A program made the translations under genes and the position numbers. This document shows positions 1-11,861 of a stretch of DNA of 64,000 bases, one piece after another. Every line of letters starts with the position of its first letter. The first letter of the stretch is position 1. Below the pieces are notes generated by a model. That model was not told where the DNA came from and made no database searches. It saw nothing but the letters and a program-made list of their open reading frames with translations. This stretch comes from Lama glama (taxonomy: Eukaryota): positions 28,522,001 to 28,586,000 of the forward strand of contig CM052817.1 in the NCBI GenBank assembly GCA_028534125.1, read 5' to 3'.

Positions 1-1605
1 GTTGAGTTAGATGCACCCAAATCAGGGCCTTCCATTTAGGGGAACTCAGGCATACATGTACACCTTTGAGAAGAAATTCTAGGTCTTCTGACTTTTATAT
101 TCTTCAGAGTTGTTCAACTCAATTGCCATGAACCCTTGTTGAATAAGATCTAAGTAACTGAATTATATTTTGCTCTGGTTTAGTCTAAATAATGCCAAAT
201 ATGTCCAATAATGTTATCAAACATGTGCTCATTCATCTCATTAAAACAACAAAAAAAACAAACAAGCAAAAACGCCAGAAGACCCATATCAGTCTAATTA
301 GATATTTCAGAATAGACACACATGCACTTTTGTATCACATTTTTAAAAGAGGCTAATGTAAACAAGGAAAAACAGAGAATAGCATGGCAATTTCACAGTC
401 CAATTTAGAATCAAGATCAAGAAAAACTAAGGCGTTAAGCTTACACTATTTATAAAATAAACTAATGATGATGAATGTTACAACGATTGTCATGAGACTA
501 ATCCAAATGCTTAAATTCTTATTCTTCCAGAGACAATGATCTGAATCTAATAATCTATTTCCTAAACATGTGCGGGAATCCTATCAGCGTATAAACATAC
601 CTCAAACCTGACTGCCTGTGTATGTGCTAAGAATAAAATGCAGTCTGCATCGTAGTGTTTTCTGCCTACTGCTATCTGATGTTGTATCCACACCATGCAT
701 TATTGTCTCGAGAGTTACAGATCATTATCATCCCGTGAATCTGGGGGAGTTGTTAATCTTTGATTCCCTCTTAGTCTACTTAGTGTTGGACCTACCACTG
801 AATGAAAATTACCTTTTCTATAGCAACCTCTTAATCTCCTCTTTTGGCAGCCGTTTATTGAGCTAGAACAGAGATGTGCACTTCTGCATTAATAATACAC
901 CCCTGCTTCATCTATTGCAGGACTTTTATTTTAAACAAACAAGCATCATGACCTAAATTTTTCTGGTCTGAGTGTAAAGAACAGAATCCATGTTTATAGG
1001 AGGCAGTGCAGATGAAGCACTAAGACCACATCCGAGTTTTTTATTAGTGGTTTAAATCACACTATCAGTACATCTTGGTAACTGAACATTGCTCTTCTAT
1101 GAGTCTTCTTTACTCTTTTCTCATTCAAATAATAAACAGTAAAATCAGAAATACTCCACATGCCAGTTTTCTACTTTACAATTGCATTCTGAATTTCTCC
1201 ATTGTATATTTTTAACACATAAATGGGGGAAATAGCAAGAGGACATTCGCAGAAACAATTCAAAATTTATTCATCACCCACTATTTGTGGAATTCCCTAG
1301 GCATTGATAACTAAACCTCATCATAGTCTAATAAAATTTTTTTTTTACATTTTAAAGATGAATTTATAAAGTAAAGAAAGGTGGAATATGGGCATGAGCC
1401 CATATAAGTAACAAATTTAAAACCAAAGGTTTTATCATCACAAAAATGGCACAACCAACCAAGGCCATTACCAACGTAGATGGGGGACACAGGTAGAGAG
1501 AACAGTCGTCCCTCCTGGATACAGTCTTCAAAGCAGCGTCTGTCTGATGCCCATTACAACTTTGTTAGAAATTCTTTACGAATATAAAACAAATTTGAGC
1601 TTAAC

Positions 1606-2045
1606 TGTGTGTTGTCAGTTATCTGTTGGCATCTCAGCATCGTTTCCACTATATTCTCTGCACTCCTCTGCATTATAAGGACTAGATATTTGGGAACTAC
1701 ATTTTGACACTTTCTTGCAGAAAGATGCCTACTTACGTTGGAGCAAGAGAGGACTCAGGTGACATATGAAAGGAGGAAGGAGAGCAGGCATCATTCTTCA
1801 AGCAGCAGCAGGCAATACACGGACTCCAGAAGACACGTGATTTTGCAGCCATCTAAGGCATTCTCCTAGGAACCTCCCTGCTTAGGTGTGTAGGCTGTAG
1901 AGCTGTTCGAAAATACCTACCGTTTTCTGATTCCTTGAAAACCAGCAGCAAACTTAAAGGCTAGCTGCAGAGTTTCCCATTTTCCCAATAATTTTGTAAG
2001 CACCCATTTCATTTTAAAATCCTTTCCTTTTTGAAATACGCGTAG
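1606..2045 (+). mobile_element. ERVL LTR, LTR33-like
   Basis: gggaactacattttgacactttcttgc and the 3' taaaatcctttcctttttgaaata resemble recalled LTR33 motifs. Confidence 0.55.
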
Positions 2046-3212
2046 GGAGTCATTTAATGAAAATTGTCAAAGGATGTCTTCCTTATCATGTGCCATCACT
2101 TTTACAAATCAGTGAGTCCTTGCCTGGGCCCTACCTGCCCCCTGGGCTTCCTTTTCATGTTGGAAGCTGTGTAAGTCTCAGTTAAGATACTTATTTGAAA
2201 TTCATCTCTGTTTCCTCAATCAAAGCCTGGGTTCTGGAAGTGCAGTGCTCATTTAACATGTGGTTTCCTAATGACCCAAAGCCCTCACTCACCTGGTCAC
2301 ATATAATACAATGCTCCATACTACACTTGATAGATTAATTAGACAGACACAGGCCCACTGTCCACCAGACAAGACATCAACGACCCTGGGTCTATCCAAT
2401 TTCCAATATACTTTATGCAGCGACATTTGAGTGTAGATACCCAGGATCAATTAACCTGGAGGGCAATACTGTATTAGCATTATAGGATTTGGGTATTATT
2501 TCCGTCATTGAAAATGTGAAGCGCTGTTTGAACTACTGATCCTGAAAAAGTAATGACTATATGTGGTTTCGTAACTTTCCCAAAGTTTACTTTATGGTGG
2601 TGCGCTGAGAATAAAAATCCCCAAATAGCTTTTGGGAATAGCCTCTTCTAAAAGAAAAGGGAGATATGAATCATAAAAACCTCTTCCTTGTAAAAGTTAC
2701 TGTTTCTCCTATTGATCTTTCTGATTACTTTCAGCTAAGAAGTGCAAGGAGTTGAAAATGAGTTCTGGAGAGATATAGTGCACCCCAGCATAAACGGTCC
2801 CCAAACAGACATTTGCGTAGAGATGAAACAAAACAAAACGCAACTGAAAAACAGTAACAAAAAAACGCAGCAGCATTGAAAATCAAAGTCGTTCACAGAT
2901 CTTATTTCCCTTGCCAAAATATTATTACCTGATCCATGTCAAGTCTTTCCACTTAGAAGTTCAAATTGCACTTTCCTAGTCAGTGAATTTTAAAAAAAAC
3001 TAATCAGTAAAATGAGTCCTCAAATCCCAAAGGTGACTTTAAAAAAAAAATCCACTTGGTGCTGTCAAAATTATCCTTTTTCATTTTAATTGTGTCACAA
3101 AAGCAAAAATTTTATTAAGACTTTATAAGAGCCAATATTTTTAAAAAGTAAATCTCTATTGATTTCTTTTTTTTTAACTAAAATATGCAGGAACAATTGT
3201 AATGCCTGCTGA

Positions 3213-3445
3213 CTTTTATTGGACACTTGCAGCCTACGAGCTGTTTCTCGATTCATCTTACGTAGTACTCACGACAGACCTGTGAAGTCCTAATAATATA
3301 ATGACCACTTCACAGCAGAGAAAACGAAGTTACAGAGAGGTGAGTTATTTGCTCAGGATCACACATCTACTAAGAAGAACATGCAGAATTAGAAACTAGG
3401 GAATATGACAAAAGTTTCTGTTATGAAGCATTACGGTATATTGCT
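3213..3445 (-). mobile_element. MIR SINE
   Basis: MIR core cacttcacagcagagaaaacgaagttacagagaggtgagttatttgctcaggatcacaca. Confidence 0.8.
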
Positions 3446-3611
3446 AGCCATTACGTTTGTGTTATCAGCCAGTCCTCTCCTAATTTGCAGTTAGTGGAGG
3501 AGCAATTGAATCAATCCGGTAGGACTGATTGAACATCTACTAAATGCAAGACATTTTGCCAGATATTGATAATAAAACCTAGAAGTTTACTGTCCAATTT
3601 TAGCAGATACC

Positions 3612-4135
3612 TGTGTCAACTCATTTCTGGGAAGTTATGATCGCAAGTTCCACATTATGGACTCATAAAATGTGACCCTGCTTCCTAGACATATTTGATT
3701 TTTCCAGCCAGACACCTGTTCCAATCCATCTTGGATTACTTCCTCTGGCTATACCTAATTGGTCCAAGGTCAGGAACTTGATATGCCTGAACCGGTCAAT
3801 GACATTCTCTAGAAATGCAAATTTGGAGTTGGGAGTTCTGACTCTTTATTCGAAGAGACTGTGAAATAGACACAAGAGACCTTGGTGGCACTATTTTCTG
3901 CTGTTATTCTGGAAAATAGCTTGTCTGAGGATGAAAGATGAAGTAGACCAGCAGTGAGAAGCAATATGAAACACAGAGAGACTCAGTGACTTATTTTCAA
4001 TTGTTTCTGAGACCCAGCTGCATCTCTGTCCTTGAAATCTTCGAAGCACCCCTGTATCCTATAAAAACACTTCCCTTTTTGCTGAATTCATTTCAAGTTG
4101 GATTTCTGTCAATCCAACAATGTCTAACTATAACA
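3612..4135 (+). mobile_element. ERVL/MaLR LTR (LTR16-like)
   Basis: TG...CA bounded. Contains attggtccaagg and a 3' end ttccctttttgctgaattcatttcaagttggatttctgtca...ctaactataaca typical of LTR16/MLT1. Confidence 0.6.
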
Positions 4136-4454
4136 GCAGAGGAAATATGACTTTTCAAGCCATAATCACCTGTACCACTGAGAAGGACTTTACCCAATTT
4201 GTGTTTCTGATTGGAGAATTTTAAATATGTGAAACTATAGTGCAAATTCTTTTTTAAAAAGTCAAAAATCAATTAGCCTTTTGGATAAGATGATAATGGC
4301 TACTAATCAGATCTCTTACGATTTTCTACAATAATCTCTAGACTTGGTACTCGATCTATTTCTCCGTTTCTTCTTCCTCTAGTCCCTCTTATGTACTTAA
4401 ACACCAACTACAATAACGTGTCATCCTCACCAGATACTACTCCTCTCAACTGGG

Positions 4455-4600
4455 TTGCTATCAACTGGCATTCACTGATATAATGGTTTGGTCAATGTCC
4501 ATTTGACCTAGTCAGAGATCAATTCTGGCTGATCAGAGGTCTGTTCAGACCAATCAGTACTTATGTCGTTATTTGATAAATATTTTAAATTTCACCTTCA
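4455..4600 (-). mobile_element. Possible ancient hAT-type non-autonomous DNA transposon fragment
   Basis: The end reads aaggtgaaatttaaaatatttatcaa on the minus strand, similar to a recalled CAGGGGTGATATTCAAAATATTTAACAA terminus. Confidence 0.3.
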
Positions 4601-5371
4601 TCTTTCACAAGTATGATCTGTTACATTTCTCTCCATCAGCTTAGTATGTCTTTCTCTAATTGGCTCAGTGGTAAATTTCCACTTATTCATTCATTCATTC
4701 AGCAAATACTGAGCACCTATGAGACATACATTAATTTCCTCATTTGGGAAATTTGTGCATGGCTTATTTTTTTCAGGAAGGTCATTCTGCTGAGTAAGGA
4801 AGACTCCAGTGGCAGAGTGTGGCAGGGAGAACAGTGAAGGAGCTATTACGAGAACACTTGATGATATCTAGGACACTGATGGTGGCAATGTAGCAGGTGA
4901 AAAATAATATGTTCTAAGGTAGAGTCAAATTATTTGGTATTTAAATATCTCCTTTTCTATGAAGCCTTCCATAATTCCTCAAGCAGAGTAATTTACTCTA
5001 TCCCACATGCTTGCATGATATGCTATTAACATCTCTACTGTAGCCCTTATTAAATTGTATTGTAATTAAGTTGGAAATGATTAATTTTCCACACAGACTT
5101 TGAACTTTTTTAATTCAGGCATCATATTGTTTTCACCGTTCTTTCTCAATATCTAGCATAATGCCTAACTCATACTAAGTAATTAATCTTTCTCAAAAAA
5201 AGAGCAAGAGAGAAATTACACAGAAATAAATATTTCTAGGTTGAGAATATCTTGTGTATATCATTTATACACATCCTCTGGTATCATTTATTAAGTTAAT
5301 TTTTATCTACTACTTTGGGTTAGTCTAATACTGGTATGGAGAAGCAAAAATTAATAGAAGGTGATTCTTTC

Positions 5372-5411
<40 letters not shown>
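5372..5411. repeat. Compound (TA)n(CA)n microsatellite
   Basis: Directly visible. Confidence 0.95.
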
Positions 5412-7054
5412 CCCTATATATCTATAAAATATAAAAATTTATTTATTTATTTCCCTCAGGAAAGATAGTGTGTGTGTACACATAGATATGTATATCAGAT
5501 ACTTATGTATCTTTTAATCAAAAAGAAGAAAAATGCATTGTTCCTATGACCAGTTTTGCAGTGATTATCAATCCACTGTATTATGTTGGCTGAAGAACAG
5601 AGAGAAAACAAAAATTTGGTAAGAACTCTTTTCAGAAAAAATTCCTGTTGAAGCACTTGCCTGAATGATTGTCAACCAGAAGACATTTTGCTCTTTAGTC
5701 ATGCTACATTTCTTAACTCATATGGGGTTGAAGTGGTAGCACTGAGTAACTAAATAAAGTTTTTTGGCTGCCCTCCAAAATGAGTAACTCACATAACAGT
5801 AATTGTTATCAAACATAATTGCTGCTTTATGTGAACTAAATATGGTGGCACCACATTCTGATAGAGGGAGGAAGCATCACAACATTTGAATATCTGAGAC
5901 GTGGCAATGTGCTAGTGGCATCTAAATCCCCCATAGTGACAATGGAGAAATACTGGCTCCCACAGTTAAAAGAGGGCTGCCAAATACAAAGGAAAAGATG
6001 TAGCAGAAATTGTTAAGTCTTCCTAGTTAAGCCTACATATGTACTGTGTCATCTCGTAGACCTCAGACAAAGTCCCTGGGAAAGATCCTGATAACAAACA
6101 AACATAGAAATCTACAATTACATTGTCATTCCTAACTACTGATTTGATATCTGAGATTTACTCTTTCCCCAGAATAAAGTGTCCCTAGACGTCAATATGT
6201 GTCTCAAGAGTATTCTTAATTAAGGAGATGCCATACAATCCATGGTTTGGTACAATTTTTAATGCCTTTGACTTTTATTTTATAAAATGATTTATCTCTT
6301 TTAATTGATGTTTTGGGGTCATATTTTGCAAGGCATTTCATCTGATTCCTACTCACCTGCTACAGAGTGATGTAGGCAAAACAAACAAATAATCTTGTGA
6401 TGGCTGTCTATGTGATGCATTTAATTTATTTCTGCATATTAACCCAAATCCACAGGCCTGAGACCTAGAAGAAATTTTCAAGCTTAATACAAATCGAAAA
6501 GCCAACAAGTAAGAGTTTAAAAATGTAAATAAAAATGGTTGCCCTTTGAAACTGATGATAAATCACTTTGCCCTCATATTGAAGATTCACCACGTGCTGA
6601 ATGAGGACATGTCCTGACATGTTGTCTCTGACATGTCCTGTGGTTGCCAGTGGGAGACCTTGAATGAAAAACACACATTTGTAATTCCTTTGGTGAAGCT
6701 GCTGAAAATGCTCTCCATTGAATTGTTTTTAATATTAAAAACTTTTATATTAAAAATATATTGCATACCAAAAAAAAGAATTCTACCTTCTTTCATATGA
6801 TCACTCATTATTTAGATGATATAGTTCCAGACTTTCTTTGGGTATATATAGTGTATGTACAAATTATCTTCCACGGAAATAGAATTACACTCTACATACT
6901 GTTTTAAAATCTGCATTTTAAACTTAATATATTTTTTGTGTCGGTACTTGTCTATGTCATCTCAGTTGCATAGGACAAAAATTACATTAAAAAAAACTAC
7001 CTGAAAGATTAATTTAGAATAGAATTTAAAGCATTAATAATTAACACTTTTAAG

Positions 7055-7255
7055 TTGTTTACTAGAATTAGGCATTATTTTAAGCAATTCAAAAATTATA
7101 TTACCCCACTGTGACCTTTACAACAATATTACAAGGTACTACCTCTGTTTTAGAGATGAGAAAAGTGTGAAACTGAAAAGTTAAGTCATCTGTCTAAAGT
7201 CAAACTGTAAATGATGGGCCTATAGGTTTGTTTTTACTCACTACACCACACTGCC
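7055..7255 (-). mobile_element. MIR SINE
   Basis: ctgttttagagatgagaaaagtgtgaaactgaaaagttaagtcatctgtctaaagtca resembles the MIR core. Confidence 0.7.
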
Positions 7256-10200
7256 AATGTGAAACCTAACAATATAACACAAAGTAGTTTCAAATGCAAT
7301 CCCGGACATCACCAATCCCTGGAAACAAACAGACAAAGTTTATTCCCAAATGGGTAATGAGAGGGAATGTTATGTCAGTGTCAGCATCCTCGGCCGTGAA
7401 CTGCCTCTCTATCACAACAGAAGAATCACCTAAATTAGTAACTTGACAGTGTCATAAAAAGAAGCCAGTATCCCTATGGCCCCAAACCAGAGGAAGCTGA
7501 AAATTGTTGTTGGATGATGAAAAAATAATGAAGCTATCCTGCTTTCTAAATGCCTGCAGAAGTGAGTGGTGCTGAACTGGCTTTCTTGCTCTTAGACCTG
7601 CCACATACTTGAAATATCAGATGTGTGATTATTAATTGATGATATTGAAATAATGTAACTATAAATTACTGAATATTAAAATGTATGCCCAAGACAGTAG
7701 ACACTTGATATGCATGAGAAATATGAATACTACATATTGTTTTAATTAAGACAGTCTTATGTAGTTCTTGGGTAACCCTGTGGGGGAGGAATTAATATTC
7801 CTGTTCTACAGTTACAGCTCAGTTCTTAGAACTGATGAACAGATAGTTGTCTCAAGAGATTACAAAGATTACAGAGGTCTAGTTTGTTCCAAAATGCCAG
7901 CGGGTCTTTTAAAGGTAGAATACTTCAAATACCATAAATAACAGTAAGGTTTCCACTAAGTCTGGTGACTTTAGTTGTGCCATTATATTTCAGTTTATTC
8001 ACGATACTTTAGCCTAATTATATCCATTTATTCACACAAAAAAATTGGGAAATACCTATTGATTGAGATCTTTAGCTAAGTTGATCATGAACCAGTGAGT
8101 CCAACAGCTAGTCTGTCAAGTAATATCAAAGTAATTTGTTTAAACCATCTTTTAGAGGAGGAAATACCGCCCCCTAACTGGATAGAAAATCTGGTTGAGA
8201 GGCACTTCTGTCAATGAGGCATAAAAGTGGCTACACTTCCACTGGGAAAATAAAGCAGGAGATCAAAAATAGAAGTAGTTTAAAAGGAGAAATTCTCCTT
8301 TTGTAAATTAATTACTCTGAACCCTAATTCATAGTAATATATTCTAATTTATATCCATATCTTGATATCTTTATAGTTTCAAGAAATGTATTTACATTGA
8401 AAGCCCTAGTAAAACATGAACATTCTCTTACCAACACAGATGTAAACTGTGTATATAAAGTATTTCAAATAGATAGCCCTATACCTTGTCTGTATCTATC
8501 GATATTTGCATTTATCTGTCTACATTTGAAATAATGCTGTGAACCAGAAACCTCTATTCTTAAATTCTATAACCTGTATATCATTTAATTACACATTATC
8601 TATATAAATAAATGGAGATTAGAACATAGATTAATTTCAAAGAAAAACTAATTTCTATTATATGATAATCTAATTAGTTTTTCCCTTCTAATTATTTGTA
8701 TTAATTTAAAATCTATAGCTTATAAAATGAACAAGCTGCTTGGAAATGTTAATAACAGAAATTCTACCAGTAAAATGTATACAATTTTCATTGATATAAA
8801 TTTTTTCCATTTTTCAATAGTGTTTCTAGTGAGCTTTCTTCCAAGCTCTAGAAATAGAACATAATAAATCTCCCACATATCTGAATATTTTTGTCTTTAA
8901 CAGTCCTAGAATTTATTTCATTGGGCACAGTTTTTTCTGCTATAAGCTCTTCTTTTATCACACATAGAGAGTTTTTGTTTAGAAGAAATTTAAAAATCAT
9001 AAATGTAGATTGTGTAAAATATTCAAGGCAGTTTTAAGTTTGTTAATACCTGAGATGACTTTTGTGAGCTAAAAAATACACAGCGCTCCTGGGTTGCAAT
9101 TGTAAAGCATGCCCATACCTCAGCAGTTATTCATTATGTTCCACTTTTTACTACTTTGAAAACGTATTAGTTAGTAGTAAACTCTTTTCCTCATTTTAAA
9201 GCGCACATCTGGCATTGATTATATGCATTATCCAGCCTCTCCATATAAATGGTATTAGCAAGGGTCCAGTTTAATGACACTGTTTTATGGCTAGTGGCTG
9301 GAAAGTTAATCTTCATTATATATTTTTCTGCTGAAGCATCATTATTTCTATAATTTTTAAGTTCAGATGTACTAGGAGTAAAGTATTATATCTTCTGTAA
9401 ACTTTCTGGACCTAAAAGAAAAGCAAATATACATGAAGGACTTATTTTAAAATGTTTCAGTTTATCTTTTTACCCACAGATGAAGCAAATGATGAAATCT
9501 GTGCGTTTGTTCTTCGATTCCTCGTTGGCTTTAGCACACAGATCTACAGGGGAAGTTTTATGTTTGTTTTGGCTGATTATGCAGCTTAGGTCAATTAGAG
9601 AAAGATAAGTTGTGGAACCAATTAAACCTCAAAGCAATTATGCAACGGAAGACCTTACTCTGCAGTCAGCTTTTTTGGCCTTTAAATTTTTATGTAAACT
9701 CTTAACACATATATGACATAATATGGAAGTTTAGCTTCTAAGTCTTTTAAAACCTAAAGGTCATAATTTTCTAGGTTAGATAATTCTACCATTCATGAGG
9801 ATAATTTAATTTTCTTTAAATTAAACAAAAGAAAAGATTGTCTTAATTTTATTAGTTATATTTTAAACTGTTGATAAATTTGACACAATTTTTAAAATAA
9901 AATTTTTACAAACAAATCAAATAGAAAATCTTTCTTAGAGGTAAGCAACGTGTAAGGCAGAAGGAAAAACTTTCTCATATGGTTTGTTTCGAACAGATCA
10001 CAAGTACTAAATCCTACGTCCAGGTTTTCCATCAAAATCAACTGGTAAAAATAAATTTCTAGATCTAGAGAGGCACTTAGATATACTTCTAGCATGCAGT
10101 AAACCTCTACTTCTGAAATAGATCTAATGCAGTATTCTTTGCTCCATAAATAATTATACTTTATTCATCTTTGAGGTCAAAAATTTTATTTTCATTCTAA

Positions 10201-10259
10201 AATACCTTCAAGGCTGAAGTTTCCTGGCTCTCTTTGTTCTACAAGCTTGTGAGACCTTG

Positions 10260-10485
10260 GGTAAAGGAAATCTGTTTCTCTACTAAGAAAATTTCTGTCA
10301 TCAAATGTGTGGGTTTCCCACACCAAGCAACTGTCCATTTTTCGGCAGACACTGATGGGGTGTCCTACAATTTAATTTATTTCTGGGTAACTATCTGGAG
10401 TTAGACAGACCTCACAGGTTAAGGGCTCAGCCCCACAAGACAGTTTCCATTTCAGATGCCAACTGCAAGGAGTGAGTCCTCAGAT
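10260..10485 (-). mobile_element. MER21-like LTR, 3' fragment
   Basis: gggtgtcctacaattta...cacaggttaagggctcagccccacaagac...ttcagatgccaa matches the recalled MER21 family sequence. Confidence 0.7.
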
Positions 10486-10879
10486 TTAGCTAGTAGTCAT
10501 TTGTTGGAAAGTTAATGGCTATAAAATAATGCATCAGAATAAATACCTGAAGGGAAAGCAGAGAAAGCAGGGCATGAGCCCTGACACTACAGCTCTGGAG
10601 ACCAGAAAGCAAAAGCTGCAACAAAAGCCAGGAGAGTCCCCTGAGGCAAGAGACCCCGAGTCTAAACAGTGACTCTCATTGTATGTTGGGTTCTCCGTGC
10701 CCCACCCTCGCGTTTACTTCGAGACTTTTAAAGATAAATAAAATAGAGGAAGGCTGAAGTTTAAGTCTTAGCAATAGAGTCCATAATGCACAAGACTTAA
10801 AATGTAAAGTCAACTTTTTCAAGGCCCACACTGTCATGGGAGACATGTGATTTAAGATTTATTATTAAGTTTCTTCATG

Positions 10880-11861
10880 AGCTATCTTTTACCAGCAACG
10901 CCATGTAACAATCTACCAGAAAACCTCATTGGCATCTGACAGTAAGCATTTATGGTTGTTTATGGGTCAGTAGGTTAGCTGGGTGATGCTGCTGATGTGG
11001 TCCAGGTTCAGTTAATCTTGGTTAAACGTATTAATTTGTCTGTGGGCACTTTGCAGATCCACTGAGGGCTTGCTAATTTAAGACGACCCTGGCGTGGATT
11101 TCCCATCTCTGCTCCATGTGGTCCCACTTTCTTCATCAGTCCAGCCCAAGCTTTTCATCATGTCGCAGACAGGGACTGAACAGACAGAATGGAGATGTGT
11201 GAGTCCTTGGGAGGCCCGATCTTGGAAATGGCGAGATTCTGCTTCAATCTGTTGGTCAAAGCAATAACTATTTCAGATTCCAAGTATGAGGTACAGGGGA
11301 GGAAAACATTATTTTTCCTATTCCTCTCCTAGGTTCTTTGGCTGGGACCCTATTTACTGGATTGGCATACAAATTTATTTAATATAAGTTTTATGTGACA
11401 CAGGAGAACTCAAGGAAATGAAGACCCAAAGAAGTGGTTTAACCTGACCATGTTTATATTAAATTTGATAAAAAAAAAAAGTAGGAAGTAATGAAAATAT
11501 GTGATAGAATTATAGGATGTGAACCAAGCAAGGGTAATAAACTAGGGGAAACTTAGTAAATCCTGTTCATTCAGATTCCTCTCAGCATCTCACCATCTTC
11601 AGAGATAAGGATGCCTCTTTCATCTGGGTATCTCTCACAAGAGGGTTCTTATGATCCACTTCAGAGGAGAGGGGGAGGTCAGAGAGTCCTTTCTGCACCT
11701 GTCATTTCTCAAATTCCTTCATTTTAAATAATCACTATGCCAACATGTCATAGTTTAGGGTAAGTGTTTTCTGAATCCCACCAGAGGTAATTAAAATTGC
11801 AAGGCAAATGCTATGTACATGAAGACCATTAACTAGAATCATTAATACAATCAATTCACCA
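10880..11861 (-). mobile_element. MaLR (MLT1-type) LTR interrupted by a MER34-like LTR
   Basis: tgtaacaatctaccagaaaacctcattggc...taagcatttat, ctgttggtcaaagcaa and the terminus caatcaattcacca are MLT1-like and lie on both sides of the insert. Confidence 0.6.
11292..11783 (-). mobile_element. ERV1 solo LTR, MER34-like
   Basis: 4-bp TSD gagg at 11288-11291 and 11784-11787. AATAAA on the minus strand. The 5' end TGGTGGGATTCAGAAAACAC...TTGGCATAGTGATTATTT resembles MER34. Confidence 0.8.

Noticed and set aside
2700..2860. Acceptor-like tract (tttctgattactttcag) as a coding exon
   Set aside because: All three downstream frames hit stops within 15 codons, and there is no clear donor.
8282..8302. 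Perfect 10-bp-arm palindrome aaaaggagaa-a-ttctcctttt
   Set aside because: Short and low-complexity; plausible by chance in 64 kb of AT-rich DNA. Not a bacterial terminator context.
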